Shown piece by piece: positions 16,280 to 28,518 of a stretch of DNA of 43,961 nt (positions are counted from its first letter, which is position 1; every line of letters begins with the position of its first letter). Both the position numbers and the translations under genes were made by a program. This stretch comes from Gammaproteobacteria bacterium (GTDB taxonomy: Bacteria > Pseudomonadota > Gammaproteobacteria > GCA-002705445 > GCA-002716945): NCBI GenBank assembly GCA_045561195.1, contig JBJKYE010000036.1, positions 1 through 43,961 of the forward strand, written 5' to 3'. The notes under the pieces are model-generated. The model saw nothing but the letters and a program-made list of their open reading frames with translations. It did not search any database and was not told the DNA's origin.

Positions 16280-17296
16280 TCAGTTATTACTTTTAGGTAA
16301 TGTTATATCTAACATTTTATCATGAATTTTTTCATAGTGCTCAATGATATTTTTAGTTAGGTATTTCTCTTTAAAATATTTATAGGAAAGCTTATCATCG
16401 ATAATCTTAGGATCCTGCATAGTTGTTGCAATTACTAATCTGCAACCTGCTTTTAATGCAAGTAAAAGCCTATCTTCACATGATATATCTTCATCATTTT
16501 TTGAAACAGCAGAAAACATTTCAATATCATCACTTATAAATAATGGTAATTTATTAAAGATAGAAGCAGATAGATTTGATAGCCACTCTCTTGAATAAGT
16601 TGTTATGTAGTCATCTATATTAGGATATGTTATGTGATTTGTCATAATCGGTAGGTTATATTTAGAAAATCTATTATGTAATTCTTTGAAGGGTAAGATA
16701 TCAGTTCTAGAAAGAGTGTCGAGGTCAATTTTAGACACACAATTTTCTATATGACTATCTGTGTCAACTCTACCATGACCAGGAAAATGTTTCAAAACTG
16801 GCAGAATACCACCATCCAAAGATCCTTTGATATAACTTTCAGCCAATTGGATTATCATATCTGGATTATCGCCAAATGTTCTATCCTTCAAAAGATTATT
16901 TTCTTTATTATGATTAATATCTATTACAGGCGAATAATTTATATCAATATTCATTGCAGAAAGCTCGCTAGCTCCAATAAACCCCGCATCATAAGAAGCC
17001 GCTAATTTTTCGTTAATATCATCAATATTTGAAATTGACTCTAGGCTAGGAAGATGAGTAAAACCATCTAATAATCTTTGCACTCTTCCCCCTTCATGAT
17101 CTATTGAGACTAAAACATTATCTTTTACATCCTTAATATCAAGAATTAGTTCTTTTAATTGATTACGTGAAACAAAATTATGACTAAATAATATTATACC
17201 GCCTATTAGTTGTTCCTTTATGAGATTTTTTTCATTGTTAGATAAGCTTGTTCCATCTAAATTAATTATTAATGGTCCGATAATATTCTGATTCAT
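16280..17296 (-). CDS. nagZ: beta-N-acetylhexosaminidase NagZ (GH3, peptidoglycan recycling)
   Basis: 338 aa. GH3 motifs SIDHEGGRVQR and KHFPGHGRVDTDSH. Confidence 0.9.
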   Translation of the reverse strand: MNQNIIGPLIINLDGTSLSNNEKNLIKEQLIGGIILFSHNFVSRNQLKELILDIKDVKDNVLVSIDHEGGRVQRLLDGFTHLPSLESISNIDDINEKLAASYDAGFIGASELSAMNIDINYSPVIDINHNKENNLLKDRTFGDNPDMIIQLAESYIKGSLDGGILPVLKHFPGHGRVDTDSHIENCVSKIDLDTLSRTDILPFKELHNRFSKYNLPIMTNHITYPNIDDYITTYSREWLSNLSASIFNKLPLFISDDIEMFSAVSKNDEDISCEDRLLLALKAGCRLVIATTMQDPKIIDDKLSYKYFKEKYLTKNIIEHYEKIHDKMLDITLPKSNN

Positions 17297-17315
17297 GTTA
17301 ATAAAAATACCTCAA

Positions 17316-17810
17316 TTAGATAGTAGATAGAGAAGCTATGCAGTAACAAGTCACTCCTTCGCCTCTCCCAATGTAGCCCAAGGATTCTGATGTAGTTGCT
17401 TTAATATTTATCATGCCGTCATCTACATATTTGTCAGAACTTATCTTATTGAATATGTCACATATATTCATTTTCATTTGATTCTTGTAGTTTGATATTT
17501 TTGGTTTTTCTAACAACAAAGCTATATCAAGGTTATTCAATACAAAACCTGCATCTAAAGCTTTCTTGACTGACAATTCTACGATGATTCTGCTATCTAG
17601 ATCTTTGTTAGCTGAATCAGAATCAGGAAAATAATCTCCTATATCACCTGCTCCAACGGCTCCTAATATAGCATCAGCGATGGAGTGATATATAATATCG
17701 CCATCTGAGTGTGCTTTAATTGAAATAGTTGAAGGAATATCAATTCCTGATAATCTAATTGAATTACCAGAAATTAACTGATGTGTGTCTATTCCTAATC
17801 CTACTCTCAT
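17316..17810 (-). CDS. ispF: 2-C-methyl-D-erythritol 2,4-cyclodiphosphate synthase
   Basis: 164 aa. GIDTHQL and HSDGDIIYHSIADAILGA motifs. 4-nt overlap with ispD. Confidence 0.93.
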   Translation of the reverse strand: MRVGLGIDTHQLISGNSIRLSGIDIPSTISIKAHSDGDIIYHSIADAILGAVGAGDIGDYFPDSDSANKDLDSRIIVELSVKKALDAGFVLNNLDIALLLEKPKISNYKNQMKMNICDIFNKISSDKYVDDGMINIKATTSESLGYIGRGEGVTCYCIASLSTI

Positions 17811-18493
17811 TTGTTATTCATTAATAATTTTATAACCTTAAGATCATCTTGGTATGTTAATTTGATATTTCCAACAGATGCTTTTATAATCTTTACGTTG
17901 TAATTTGATAAAGACATTGCTTCAATTTCATCATCTACCTGTATCTTCTTATTAATGATATCACTATATGCCATAAATAATTTAGAAAAATTAAATAATT
18001 GTGGTGTGAAAGACATATACAGGTTATCGCGTTTTATATTACTTACTACAATCGACTTTTTATTGATTTTTTTAAGAGCATTAGTCAAAGGATATCCCAA
18101 AGACAAACCCGTCCTTATAGATTTAGAATGATCTAATAATCTATTGATGTCTTTTGTATCTACACAAGGACGAGCAGCATCATGAATTATAATATTTTTA
18201 GATTGTATATTGGATTTTAATGCAAATTTCAATGCATTAAATACTGATTTAGTTCTTGTGTTTCCTCCTTTTACTAAAAATATGTTTGAATATTTTGATG
18301 GAGCTTTATATGAACTATTTTTATCAATTACAACAAAAAAGTTTTTTATTTTTTTTGTTTCTGAGATTTTCTCTATTGCAATATTAATTAGATTTTTCGA
18401 GTTTATTTTTAGATATTGTTTTGGTTTTGAGGAATTATACCTATGACTTTTGCCTGCAGCCAAGATAACTGCATCATATATTTTATTTTTCAT
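17807..18493 (-). CDS. ispD: 2-C-methyl-D-erythritol 4-phosphate cytidylyltransferase
   Basis: 228 aa. N-terminus AVILAAGKSHRYNSSKPKQYL. Conserved ftsB-ispD-ispF order. Confidence 0.9.
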   Translation of the reverse strand: MKNKIYDAVILAAGKSHRYNSSKPKQYLKINSKNLINIAIEKISETKKIKNFFVVIDKNSSYKAPSKYSNIFLVKGGNTRTKSVFNALKFALKSNIQSKNIIIHDAARPCVDTKDINRLLDHSKSIRTGLSLGYPLTNALKKINKKSIVVSNIKRDNLYMSFTPQLFNFSKLFMAYSDIINKKIQVDDEIEAMSLSNYNVKIIKASVGNIKLTYQDDLKVIKLLMNNK

Positions 18494-18761
18494 CTTTTAT
18501 TATTTGAAAGAACATTTCATCTTCTTTAATATATCCATAGTTTTCTCTAGCATAACCCTCTAAAAAAGACTTACTATTATAAATCTTTTCTATTTCTAAA
18601 TTGAGCCTATTGTTAGACTGCGTTAATAAGATAACTTGGTTATCGTATGAATTATATGTTTTTTTTAAATCGTAGTAAGTAAATATACTATTGCTACTAA
18701 AAAACAAAGAGTGTTGTAAACTCAGAAATAAAATTAAACACACTAGATGGAATATTTTCAT
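18483..18761 (-). CDS. ftsB: cell division protein FtsB (septum formation initiator family)
   Basis: About 92 aa, bitopic: an N-terminal TM helix followed by a predicted coiled-coil region. Conserved position between eno and ispD. The start is set at the ATG forming an ATGA overlap with the eno stop (MKIFHLV...). The track's GTG at 18770 is an alternative. Confidence 0.8.
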   Translation of the reverse strand: MKIFHLVCLILFLSLQHSLFFSSNSIFTYYDLKKTYNSYDNQVILLTQSNNRLNLEIEKIYNSKSFLEGYARENYGYIKEDEMFFQIIKDEK

Positions 18762-20035
18762 GTTAACCACTTCTTAAATACATTGTTTTTATTAAAGAAA
18801 GACTTGCCTATCTGTTCTTCAATCCTGAGTAATTGATTATATTTAGCTATTCTATCTGAGCGAGAAAGAGACCCGGTTTTTATTTGACCCGAAGAAGTTC
18901 CAACGCTCATGTCTGCGATTGTCACATCTTCTGTTTCACCACTTCTATGAGATATTATATAATTATAGTTGTGTTTCTTAGCTAAATTTATCGTATCCAA
19001 TGTCTCTGAAATGGTTCCTATTTGATTAAATTTAATCAAAATTGCATTAGCAACTTTTTTATCTATACCTGTTTTAAAGATCTTTTGGTTTGTGACGAAA
19101 ACATCATCACCAACAAGTTGAATTTTTTTATCAAGTTTATTGGTAAGAATTTCCCAACCATCCCAATCATTCTCAGACATACCATCCTCTACAGATATAA
19201 TTGGGTAATCGTTGCATAATGACTCCAAATAAGCACAAAACCCTTTGCTCTCATATGAATTGCCATCAGACATCATATAGCTGCCATCTTTATAAAATTC
19301 CGAACTGGCAACATCTAAACCAAGATATACCTCTTCGCCAGACTTATAACCTGCCTTTTCGATAGAATCCAATATCACTTCCAAAGCTTCGCTATTAGAT
19401 GAGATATTTGGGGCAAAGCCGCCTTCATCGCCAACTGACGTAGCTAGAGATTTTTTATTGAGGGTATTTTTTAGGGTATGAAATATTTCCACTCCTGCTC
19501 GTAAGCTATCAGAAAAAGAATCAAAACCTATTGGTAGGATCATAAATTCCTGAAAATCTAAGTCATTGTTAGCATGCGCTCCACCATTAATTATATTCAT
19601 CATTGGAACAGGTAAAGAAAGACCAGCTTCTTCGCCAAAAGTCTTGTATAAAGGTATATTTAAGGCTTTTGCCTTAGCATGAGCAAAAGCTAATGATACA
19701 GCTAGAATCGCATTTGCGCCCAAATTCTTCTTATTTTCAGTTCCATCAAGATTTATTAATAATTCATCTAATGTGTGTTGTTCAAATGATTGATTTATAA
19801 TGGAACTTTTTATAGTTGAGTTTATATTGTTGACAGCACCATACACAGATTTACCCATATAAATAGCTTTGTCGCCATCTCTTAATTCTAAAGCTTCCAA
19901 AATACCCGTTGAAGCTCCAGATGGCGAAATACCTCTGCCAATTATATCGTTGCTAAGAACCATATCTACCTCTACCGTCGGGTTACCCCTAGAGTCAAGA
20001 ATTTGTCTTGCATTTACATCAACTATTTTATTCAA
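18758..20035 (-). CDS. eno: enolase (phosphopyruvate hydratase)
   Basis: 425 aa. [15 protein letters not shown] and [10 protein letters not shown] signatures. Confidence 0.97.
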   Translation of the reverse strand: MNKIVDVNARQILDSRGNPTVEVDMVLSNDIIGRGISPSGASTGILEALELRDGDKAIYMGKSVYGAVNNINSTIKSSIINQSFEQHTLDELLINLDGTENKKNLGANAILAVSLAFAHAKAKALNIPLYKTFGEEAGLSLPVPMMNIINGGAHANNDLDFQEFMILPIGFDSFSDSLRAGVEIFHTLKNTLNKKSLATSVGDEGGFAPNISSNSEALEVILDSIEKAGYKSGEEVYLGLDVASSEFYKDGSYMMSDGNSYESKGFCAYLESLCNDYPIISVEDGMSENDWDGWEILTNKLDKKIQLVGDDVFVTNQKIFKTGIDKKVANAILIKFNQIGTISETLDTINLAKKHNYNYIISHRSGETEDVTIADMSVGTSSGQIKTGSLSRSDRIAKYNQLLRIEEQIGKSFFNKNNVFKKWLT

Positions 20036-20049
20036 ATTTACACTCCATG

Positions 20050-20850
20050 TTAATCTTTTACTACCTTGTTTATTTTAATAATACTATCCAATAAGTCTTT
20101 CATATTATTGATGTTTAGTGAGTTTTTGCCATCACTCAGAGCCTTTTCTGGTTCAGGATGAGTTTCAATAAAAATTCCATCTATACCAACTGCTGTTGCA
20201 GCTCTTGCTAAGACTGGTATAAATTCACTTTCACCGCCTGACTGGTCGTTTAACGCCCCAGGTTGTTGGACTGAGTGCGATGCATCAAAAATAACTGGAC
20301 AACCAGTTTCCTTGAGAATCTCAAGCGACCTCATATCTGAAACCAAATTATTATACCCAAAAGAGACTCCTCTTTCACATACATATATATCTTTATTGCC
20401 AGTAGATTTAGCTTTTATTACAACGTTTATCATCTCTTTGGGTGATAAAAATTGACCTTTTTTAATATTAACTGGCTTCATGGTAGCGGCAACTTTGGTT
20501 ATAAAATTTGTCTGCCTACATAAGAAAGCAGGAGTTTGGAGAATATCTACAACATCAGCCACCTCGTCAATTGGAGTGTCCTCATGTACATCTGTTAAAA
20601 CTGGGATATCAAAAGTCTTTCTGACTTTTTCTAGTATTTTTAAACCTTTTTCAATGCCAACCCCCCTATCAGATTCAATCGATGATCTATTAGCCTTATC
20701 AAAAGATGCCTTGAAAACATAAGAAATCGGCAAGTCTTTAGTAATTTCACAGATATACTCTGCTATTGATAAAGTCATTTTTTCTGACTCAATAGCACAA
20801 GGACCAGAAATTAAGGTCAAATTTTTACTATTTCCAATATCCAAGGACAT
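20050..20850 (-). CDS. kdsA: 3-deoxy-8-phosphooctulonate synthase (KDO8P synthase)
   Basis: 266 aa. [21 protein letters not shown] and NIKKGQF motifs of KdsA. pyrG-kdsA-eno order as in Pseudomonas (from memory). Confidence 0.95.
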   Translation of the reverse strand: MSLDIGNSKNLTLISGPCAIESEKMTLSIAEYICEITKDLPISYVFKASFDKANRSSIESDRGVGIEKGLKILEKVRKTFDIPVLTDVHEDTPIDEVADVVDILQTPAFLCRQTNFITKVAATMKPVNIKKGQFLSPKEMINVVIKAKSTGNKDIYVCERGVSFGYNNLVSDMRSLEILKETGCPVIFDASHSVQQPGALNDQSGGESEFIPVLARAATAVGIDGIFIETHPEPEKALSDGKNSLNINNMKDLLDSIIKINKVVKD

Positions 20851-20852
20851 TT

Positions 20853-22472
20853 TTATTTCTTCCTCTTAGACGCTGCGTTAACAAATCCATTGAATAGTGG
20901 ATGTCCTTTTATTGGCGATGATGTGAACTCTGGATGAAACTGACAACCTACATACCAGGCATGGTTCTTTAATTCGATCATTTCCATTAAATTTCCTTTT
21001 TTTGACTTACCGCTGAATGCTAAACCATTTTTCTCAAAATCTCCAACAAGATTTCCGTTTACCTCGTACCTATGTCTATGTCTTTCTGCAATCTTTAGTT
21101 TAGAATACATTTTATATGCCAAGGAATCTTTATTAATAATACATTCTTGAGAGCCCAAACGCATAGTGCCCCCCATTTTACTCTTATCAGCTAAGATCCT
21201 CTTGCCAGACTTTTCTCTCCACTCTTCGACAAGAGCCACGACTGGATATTTAGTGTTTTTATTAAACTCTGTACTATTGGCTTTATTTAGCTTCATTACA
21301 TTTCTTGCAAACTCTATCACAGAAATTTGCATTCCAAGACATATTCCAAAATATGGGATGTCATTAACTCTAGCAAACTCAGCGGCTAAAATTTTTCCCT
21401 CTATTCCTCTGTCACCAAATCCTCCTGGGACAAGTATTCCGTCCATTTTAGACAACTGTTTAATATTACGTTTATTGAGCTTTTCAGAGTCTAAATATAC
21501 TATATCTACTATTCTATTATTAATGACACCTGCATGATACAAAGCTTCATTTAATGATTTATACGAGTCTACCAGATCAACATATTTTCCAATCATGGCT
21601 ATTTTGATCTTATTTTTACATTTTTCAACTTTTTTCTTATAGTCTTTCCAAGGCTTAAGATTAAGCTTCTTATCTTTTATCTTAAAGCTTTTCATCATAA
21701 ATTTATCTATACCCTGCTCGCTAAACATTATTGGGATATCATAGATTGATTTTGCATCAACAGCTGAAAATACCGCTTCACTAGAAACATTAGTGAATAA
21801 TGCGATTTTCTTTTTAAGTGACTGATTAATAGCATTTTTTCCCCTACATAAAAGGATATCTGGCTGAATTCCAATTGATCTTAACTCTTTAACAGAATGC
21901 TGAGTGGGTTTCGTTTTAATTTCATTAGTAACATCAATATATGGTAACAACGTAAGATGTATAAACATTGATTTACTTTTACCTAAATCTAAACTGAATT
22001 GTCTGATTGATTCAAGAAAAGGTAGGGACTCTATATCACCAACCGTACCCCCAACCTCAACAAAAGCAATATCTGCCTTTTTTGCACCTTTAATAACTAG
22101 ATCCTTTATTTCATCTGTAATGTGAGGAATCACTTGCACAGTACTACCAAGATAACTTCCTTTCCTCTCTTTATTGATTACGTTAGAATAAACTCTTCCC
22201 GATGTGACATTACTGTCTTGTGACATTTGGATACCAACAAACCTTTCATAATGACCTAAATCTAAATCTGTTTCTGCTCCATCCTCCGTAACGAATACTT
22301 CTCCATGTTGTATAGGACTCATTGTTCCAGGATCAAGATTGATATAAGGGTCTAGTTTTTGAAGTGAGACTTTAAAACCTCTTAGTTTGAATAAAGAAGC
22401 AAGGGAGGCAGCTGCAATTCCCTTTCCAAGAGATGAAACAACCCCGCCAGTGATAAATACATATCTTGTCAT
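20853..22472 (-). CDS. pyrG: CTP synthase
   Basis: 539 aa. N-terminus MTRYVFITGGVVSSLGKGI. Glutamine amidotransferase site FGICLGMQ. Confidence 0.97.
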   Translation of the reverse strand: MTRYVFITGGVVSSLGKGIAAASLASLFKLRGFKVSLQKLDPYINLDPGTMSPIQHGEVFVTEDGAETDLDLGHYERFVGIQMSQDSNVTSGRVYSNVINKERKGSYLGSTVQVIPHITDEIKDLVIKGAKKADIAFVEVGGTVGDIESLPFLESIRQFSLDLGKSKSMFIHLTLLPYIDVTNEIKTKPTQHSVKELRSIGIQPDILLCRGKNAINQSLKKKIALFTNVSSEAVFSAVDAKSIYDIPIMFSEQGIDKFMMKSFKIKDKKLNLKPWKDYKKKVEKCKNKIKIAMIGKYVDLVDSYKSLNEALYHAGVINNRIVDIVYLDSEKLNKRNIKQLSKMDGILVPGGFGDRGIEGKILAAEFARVNDIPYFGICLGMQISVIEFARNVMKLNKANSTEFNKNTKYPVVALVEEWREKSGKRILADKSKMGGTMRLGSQECIINKDSLAYKMYSKLKIAERHRHRYEVNGNLVGDFEKNGLAFSGKSKKGNLMEMIELKNHAWYVGCQFHPEFTSSPIKGHPLFNGFVNAASKRKK

Positions 22473-22542
22473 ATATTACTTAGGAAAAGTATAGACGAAA
22501 TCATTGAAAAAATATATAAATTAGACACTAATATTGAGTATA

Positions 22543-23511
22543 TTAGCTTTTAGTAATAGAAATCTCTAGAATATCCCTTTTCTTGGTTACTTTTATTTTA
22601 TTGAGAGAAAATAACGGATTCGAATCGTTATTAGTTTCTAGTATTTTTAGGATTTCCAAGATTTGTTTTAAGTTTAAGCTTATACTACTTTGCATGAATA
22701 CCCATTCATGGATAATCATAATTTTATTATAGGTTTCTTCTTCATTTAATTTAGAGACTGACAGCTGATTATTATCATTTAAGTACAATGCACATAGAAT
22801 CTTGCGTACACTTTCAGTGATAAAATGGGATTGTATATTCTGAATGTTTATATTGTTAATAATATTTTTATTAAATGAAGGCCATCTTGTTTTTAGCATT
22901 GGAGCTATTTTAGTACGAATGAAATTTCTATCGAAATGTATATTATTATTAGATAAATCTTGAACGAAAGAAATTTTGTTCTCCGAGCAGTACTCATCTA
23001 TTCTTGATTTTGATACATGTAGAAATGGCCTAAATATCATTTTTTCATCATACCAAGATAGCATCTTCATTGAAGAGAGGCCTCGTGCTCCAGAGCCACG
23101 TATAAGCCTTAGTAAAAAAGTTTCAACCTGATCTTCTTCATGATGTCCTGTAAAAATCACTTCATCGTTCTGGCAACTTTTTACAAGAGCTTCATATCTT
23201 TTCAAACGACATCTTTCCTCAATATTTGATGAAGAATCAATATGTATCATAATAGTCTCATGAGGTATATTGAGCTCTTCAGTAATGACCTTACAGTGCT
23301 GTTCAAAATTTATCGCATCAGATGATAGACCATGATTAACGTGTATCGTTCTTAAAGATATAGATTTGTCCTGACTAACTTTATGTAGACAATCTAATAG
23401 AACCGATGAATCCTGACCACCACTATAGGCTAATAAAATTTTTTTTACAGGGAGCTTAGAGAGTTGATTGCGACAAAATGAAATTAGATCAGACTGTTTC
23501 AAATTTTCCAT
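22543..23511 (-). CDS. tilS: tRNA(Ile)-lysidine synthetase
   Basis: PP-loop [14 protein letters not shown], with overall TilS length. The start is set at ATG (M15 of the track ORF, MENLKQ...). The track's upstream TTG at 23553 is an alternative. Either start overlaps the accA 3' end. Confidence 0.88.
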   Translation of the reverse strand: MENLKQSDLISFCRNQLSKLPVKKILLAYSGGQDSSVLLDCLHKVSQDKSISLRTIHVNHGLSSDAINFEQHCKVITEELNIPHETIMIHIDSSSNIEERCRLKRYEALVKSCQNDEVIFTGHHEEDQVETFLLRLIRGSGARGLSSMKMLSWYDEKMIFRPFLHVSKSRIDEYCSENKISFVQDLSNNNIHFDRNFIRTKIAPMLKTRWPSFNKNIINNINIQNIQSHFITESVRKILCALYLNDNNQLSVSKLNEEETYNKIMIIHEWVFMQSSISLNLKQILEILKILETNNDSNPLFSLNKIKVTKKRDILEISITKS

Positions 23512-24454
23512 ATGACTCAAGTTTCTGTTTTCGTTTAAGTAACAATTCTTCAATATCCATACTCGCTAATTCAGCTAACATAGAAAGCAGATTCATTTTT
23601 AATGATGAGGTCATTGCGCCATAATCTCTATGGGCGCCACCAGATGGCTCAGGAATAATAGTGTCTATAAGTTTAAACTCTAATAATTTGGACGCTGTTA
23701 TGCAAAGCGCGTCTGCGGCCAATTCTGCTTTTTTTGCATCTTTCCAAAGTATTGATGCACAACCTTCAGGACTGATGACAGAATAAATGCTGTTCTGTAA
23801 CATCCCAAGTTTATCACATACACCTATCGCTAGCGCACCGCCAGATCCTCCTTCCCCAATAATGACTGATATGATTGGGACTTTAAGGTTAGACATTACA
23901 TAAAGATTCTCAGCAATAGCCTGACTTTGATTTCTAGACTCAGCATCTATACCAGGGTAGGCGCCCGGTGTATCAATAAATGTAATAATAGGTAAATTAA
24001 ATTTTTCAGCAAGTTTCATAATCCTGAGTGCTTTTCTATAACCTTCAGGTTTTGGCATACCAAAGTTTCTCTTTACCTTTTCTTTTGCATCACGGCCTTT
24101 TTGATGACCAATAAACATAAAATCAAATTCATCAATTTTTGCTATACCGGATATTATAGCCGGGTCATCTCCAAACATTCTATCTCCATGAAGTTCCTCA
24201 AAAGATGTAAATAAACTAGGGATATAGTCTAGTGTATATGGTCTCAATGGATGTCTAGCTAACTGAGATATCTGCCAGTCAGACAAACTATTAAATATTT
24301 TTTTTGTCTGATCAATATAATCTTTCTCAAGTTTGATAACCGCAGCCTCACTTTTAGCTGTTCTCTCAGGATCATTTTTTAATTGCTTAATTTTAGCTTC
24401 AATTTCAAGCAATGGTTGTTCAAAATCTAAATAATTAGGATTATATTCTTTCAT
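23489..24454 (-). CDS. accA: acetyl-CoA carboxylase carboxyltransferase alpha subunit
   Basis: 321 aa. [36 protein letters not shown] and [10 protein letters not shown] motifs. Confidence 0.95.
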   Translation of the reverse strand: MKEYNPNYLDFEQPLLEIEAKIKQLKNDPERTAKSEAAVIKLEKDYIDQTKKIFNSLSDWQISQLARHPLRPYTLDYIPSLFTSFEELHGDRMFGDDPAIISGIAKIDEFDFMFIGHQKGRDAKEKVKRNFGMPKPEGYRKALRIMKLAEKFNLPIITFIDTPGAYPGIDAESRNQSQAIAENLYVMSNLKVPIISVIIGEGGSGGALAIGVCDKLGMLQNSIYSVISPEGCASILWKDAKKAELAADALCITASKLLEFKLIDTIIPEPSGGAHRDYGAMTSSLKMNLLSMLAELASMDIEELLLKRKQKLESYGKFETV

Positions 24455-24489
24455 TTTTGTAATATTTTATGAGAATCAATATAACATAA

Positions 24490-27400
24490 CTACTGGTATT
24501 TAACGATAATATTTTCCTTTCCCAGTAGATCTGATAAGTTATTTATTAGCATTGACGAGGGATTAATGAACCATTCCTGATCTAAATTAAGTGGAACGAT
24601 ATGCTTTTGACTCAGACATTTGATGGTCAAAGGGCATTTGCCATTTTTATGAGGCTCAAGGAGATTAACTACTTCAGCCAGTGTCTTGTCATTGATAAAT
24701 TCTGAGGATAAAAATATTTCAACTTCTTTTGAATATTGTTGTCGAGCAGAATCTAGGTCAATTATCTTGTTTGCTTTCATGCTCAAATCACCATTATATT
24801 CATCCATTGAAATTACTCCAGAAATAAACAGAATTTCATTTTCTTTTATTAAGCTCTGATATTTTTCGTAAATATCTGGATATACAATAATTTCTAATCT
24901 ATGTGAAGAGTCATCAATAGTTAGTATATTTATAAATCTATCTTGTCCCATTCTTTGTATGCGACTATTTATTATTACACCACAAACTGTTGCGAGTTCA
25001 GTAAAATCATCATTAGAGTTTTTATAAAGTCTCTTGAAATATGAATTAATATTTTTAATAGACATTGATTCAATTTCGTCATGATATTCATTAACAGGAT
25101 GTCCAGTCAGATAAAAACCTAGAACTTTTTTTTCTAAATTGAATGATTTTAATCTATCTCCAACAGTTTCTCTCTTAACTTGTATATGATCATTTATCTT
25201 TTTAGTAGAAAATGATTCTGATTTATTTTCGAATAACTCATGTTGTCCCATATTCTTTGTATTTTGTTTTTGTTGACCATACTTAATAGCATCATCTAAA
25301 TTGTTTTTAAGAGATAACCTGCTTTCATCAAAACAATCAAAAGAACCAGAATATATTAAAGAATCTAGAGTACCAATATTAATTGTAGTTAATGAAACTC
25401 TCTCACAAAAATCAAATATATTTTTAAAATATCCATTTTTTTCACGCTCATTTATTATATGAATCACAGCATTGTAACCAACCCCCTTGATTGCTCCAAG
25501 ACCAAACAATATCGATTTGTTATTAAGTGATAAAAAATTAAAATCAGATGTATTAATGTTTGGCTGAATGATTGAAAGACCCATTTCTATGCTAGCATCA
25601 ACTAATGAAATTACCTTATCGGTGTTGTCCATATCAGATGATAAAGCTGCTGACAGGAATTCGGAAGTATAGTATGTCTTTAAAAAAGCCGTTTGATATG
25701 AAATGAAAGCATAAGCAACTGAATGAGATTTATTAAACCCATAACCAGCAAACTTTTCCATTTTAGAAAAGATCGAATTAGCTATATTTACGGATATATT
25801 TTTATTTTTAGCTCCCTCGATAAATTGAATTCTATGCTTTTCCATTTCATCTTTTTTCTTCTTACCCATGGCTCTTCGTAATAAATCAGCTTCTCCCAAT
25901 GAATATCCTCCAAGAGATCGGGATATTTCCATAACTTGCTCCTGATATAAGATCAAACCATATGTCTCAGATAATACAGGCTCTAATAATGGATGTTCAT
26001 AGTCAATTTTTTTTCCATGTTTGTTGCTAATGAAATCATCAACCATATTAGTTCCAAGCGGCCCTGGTCTATATAAAGCTACCAAGGCAACAATGTCATC
26101 AAAACAATCAGGCTTTAATCTTTCCATGTACCTTTTCATGCCTGATGATTCTAATTGGAATACACCAGTCGTAAGCTTATTTTGAAGTAATTCGAAAACT
26201 TTCTCATCAGGAGTTGTTATGTCTTCATGAGATATCTCTATATCACCATGTTGACTCTTAATGGTTCTAATAGCTCTATCTATAATACTTAGCGTTCTTA
26301 AGCCTAGAATATCAAACTTAACTAACCCTAGCTTTTCGATATCATCTTTATCGTACTGAGTAACTATCTCATCGCTTTCTTCAACTCTATATAAAGGTAT
26401 AAAGTCATCAATTTGATTAGGTGCAACCACAATACCAGCTGCATGTTTTCCAACATTTCTAGGGAGTCCTTCTAATTTTTTTGATGTATCAATTAAATTC
26501 TTGATTTCATCATTTGAGTCATATTGTTTTTTAAGTTCTTTGTTTTGTTTAAGCGCATCATCAATGGTTATACCTACACTGAAAGGTATCATCTTTGCAA
26601 TTTTATCAACAAATGTATAACCCATTCCCAAAACTCTTCCAACGTCCCTTATAACAGCCCTAGCAGCTAGTGATCCATATGTAATAATCTGCGATACTTT
26701 ATTTTCTCCATATAATTCTGTTATATGATCAATAATTTTTTGTCTATTAATCATACAAAAATCAATATCAAAATCAGGCATAGATATACGTTCAGGATTT
26801 AGAAACCTCTCAAATAAGAGGTTATGCTTTATAGGATCTATAGAGGTTATATCAAGGGCATAGGCTACCAAAGAGCCAGCGCCTGATCCTCTTCCTGGGC
26901 CTACAGGTATTGATTGTTTTTTTGCCCAATCTATAAACTCATGTACAATTAGAAAATAACTAACAAAACCCATCTTCCTTATTACATCAGTCTCAAGCTT
27001 TAATCGCTGGAAGTATATATCTGTTTCTGTAATATTATTTTTTTGAATGATGCTATCAAGACCTAACCTTACTTTCTCATCAAAATATACATCAATGTCA
27101 CTGTTATCAGGTGTGCTAAATTTTGGCAGATGGTAAGTATCAGAAGATATATGAATATTACATCTTTTAATAATTTCTGAAATATTTTGTATCGCATCAG
27201 GCAAATCTTCAAAAATAGATATCATTTCTTTTTCTGATTTAAAGAATTGATTATCTGTAAATTCAGTTTGATTAGCCCTATCGTCAATTTTGATCTTTTT
27301 ATTAATACATACCCTAACTTCATGAGCATCAAAATCTTGCTTTTCTAAAAATAAAACATTATTTGTGGCAACAAGCGGGAGGTTTAAATCTTCTGCAAGA

Positions 27401-27957
27401 TTTATAATCTTGTTATTATATATCTTCTCATTATTAGCATTTATACGATCAATTTGAAGGTATAGTCTATCTGGAAAAATATCTTTTAATGATTTCAAAA
27501 GTAAATGTTTGTCTTGCAAATTATCAACCAATAAGTTTTCTCCCAAGAGTCCCTTTCTTCCTCCTGTAAGAAGTATTATTCCTTTATTATACTTTTCTAG
27601 TTGAGTTTTTATGACAGCAGGGTTTTCGTTTGCTTTTTTTCCTACATGTATTTCAGAGAGTAGTTTTATCAGATTTTTATAACCTGAGTAATTTTGACAT
27701 AAAGCAATAATCGCTCCCTCTGCCTTATTTGAGACACTACTTTTTAATGGTATTTCACATCCGATAATAGGTTTAATTTTATTATCAATACATTTCTGAT
27801 AAAACTTAATGGCTGCAAACATATTAAGTCTATCAGTAATAGCTAATGACTTGAGTTTATTTTTTTTCGCCGCCTTAATTAATCTATCAATATTAATTGT
27901 ACTATCACTTAGTGAATATGATGAATGGAGATGTAATTGTGTATATATTTTTTTCAT
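24490..27957 (-). CDS. dnaE: DNA polymerase III alpha subunit
   Basis: 1155 aa. PHP-domain N-terminus LHLHSSYSLSDS, GPGRGSGAGSLVAY, and PDFDIDF at the polymerase active site. Confidence 0.97.
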   Translation of the reverse strand: MKKIYTQLHLHSSYSLSDSTINIDRLIKAAKKNKLKSLAITDRLNMFAAIKFYQKCIDNKIKPIIGCEIPLKSSVSNKAEGAIIALCQNYSGYKNLIKLLSEIHVGKKANENPAVIKTQLEKYNKGIILLTGGRKGLLGENLLVDNLQDKHLLLKSLKDIFPDRLYLQIDRINANNEKIYNNKIINLAEDLNLPLVATNNVLFLEKQDFDAHEVRVCINKKIKIDDRANQTEFTDNQFFKSEKEMISIFEDLPDAIQNISEIIKRCNIHISSDTYHLPKFSTPDNSDIDVYFDEKVRLGLDSIIQKNNITETDIYFQRLKLETDVIRKMGFVSYFLIVHEFIDWAKKQSIPVGPGRGSGAGSLVAYALDITSIDPIKHNLLFERFLNPERISMPDFDIDFCMINRQKIIDHITELYGENKVSQIITYGSLAARAVIRDVGRVLGMGYTFVDKIAKMIPFSVGITIDDALKQNKELKKQYDSNDEIKNLIDTSKKLEGLPRNVGKHAAGIVVAPNQIDDFIPLYRVEESDEIVTQYDKDDIEKLGLVKFDILGLRTLSIIDRAIRTIKSQHGDIEISHEDITTPDEKVFELLQNKLTTGVFQLESSGMKRYMERLKPDCFDDIVALVALYRPGPLGTNMVDDFISNKHGKKIDYEHPLLEPVLSETYGLILYQEQVMEISRSLGGYSLGEADLLRRAMGKKKKDEMEKHRIQFIEGAKNKNISVNIANSIFSKMEKFAGYGFNKSHSVAYAFISYQTAFLKTYYTSEFLSAALSSDMDNTDKVISLVDASIEMGLSIIQPNINTSDFNFLSLNNKSILFGLGAIKGVGYNAVIHIINEREKNGYFKNIFDFCERVSLTTINIGTLDSLIYSGSFDCFDESRLSLKNNLDDAIKYGQQKQNTKNMGQHELFENKSESFSTKKINDHIQVKRETVGDRLKSFNLEKKVLGFYLTGHPVNEYHDEIESMSIKNINSYFKRLYKNSNDDFTELATVCGVIINSRIQRMGQDRFINILTIDDSSHRLEIIVYPDIYEKYQSLIKENEILFISGVISMDEYNGDLSMKANKIIDLDSARQQYSKEVEIFLSSEFINDKTLAEVVNLLEPHKNGKCPLTIKCLSQKHIVPLNLDQEWFINPSSMLINNLSDLLGKENIIVKYQ

Positions 27958-28518
27958 TTATTTACTCAACGGTGCAAAGCTAAATCTATGATAAATTGAT
28001 GGTCCAAAATTAGCAATTGCCGTCTTATGTTCAATAGTTCCATATCCTTTATGATTTTTAAAGCCATAAACTGAGAGTATTCTGTCTAAAACCATCATTT
28101 CGTTGTCTCTTATAACTTTTGCCATAATTGATGCGGCTGAGATTTCGGGTCTTAATTCATCGCCCTTGACTATACATTCACAATTTATATCTACATCTGG
28201 TGCAAATTTACCATCAATAAATGTCAATTCCGGAAGTAAATTTAAATTAGTAATAGCCTGTTTCATTGAGAATAACGTCGCATTGTGTATATTTATTCTA
28301 TCAATCATATGATTGTCGCATACTCCTACACCTATTGACCTTGTATGTTTAAGTATATACCTTGAAAGCTCAGTTCTACGTTTTGGATTAAGCTTCTTAG
28401 AGTCCATCATTAATGTTTTATCAATTGTTCTATCTAGAATAATAGCAACAGACACTACAGGTCCAGCCAAACATCCTCTACCAACTTCATCAACACCAGC
28501 AAAAATTTGACTTGTCAT
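27958..28518 (-). CDS. rnhB: ribonuclease HII
   Basis: 186 aa. GVDEVGRGCLAGPV and DSKKL motifs. Abuts the dnaE start with 0 nt spacing. Confidence 0.95.
   Translation of the reverse strand: MTSQIFAGVDEVGRGCLAGPVVSVAIILDRTIDKTLMMDSKKLNPKRRTELSRYILKHTRSIGVGVCDNHMIDRINIHNATLFSMKQAITNLNLLPELTFIDGKFAPDVDINCECIVKGDELRPEISAASIMAKVIRDNEMMVLDRILSVYGFKNHKGYGTIEHKTAIANFGPSIYHRFSFAPLSK

Noticed and set aside
21166-21537. 123-aa plus-strand ORF inside pyrG
   Set aside because: Antisense to pyrG and an artefact of the sense-strand codon pattern. The same reasoning applies to 21904-22125, 41612-41956 (in pyrH), 41058-41333 (in frr), 33910-34233 (in skp), 38653-39195 (in dxr) and 28103-28510 (in rnhB).
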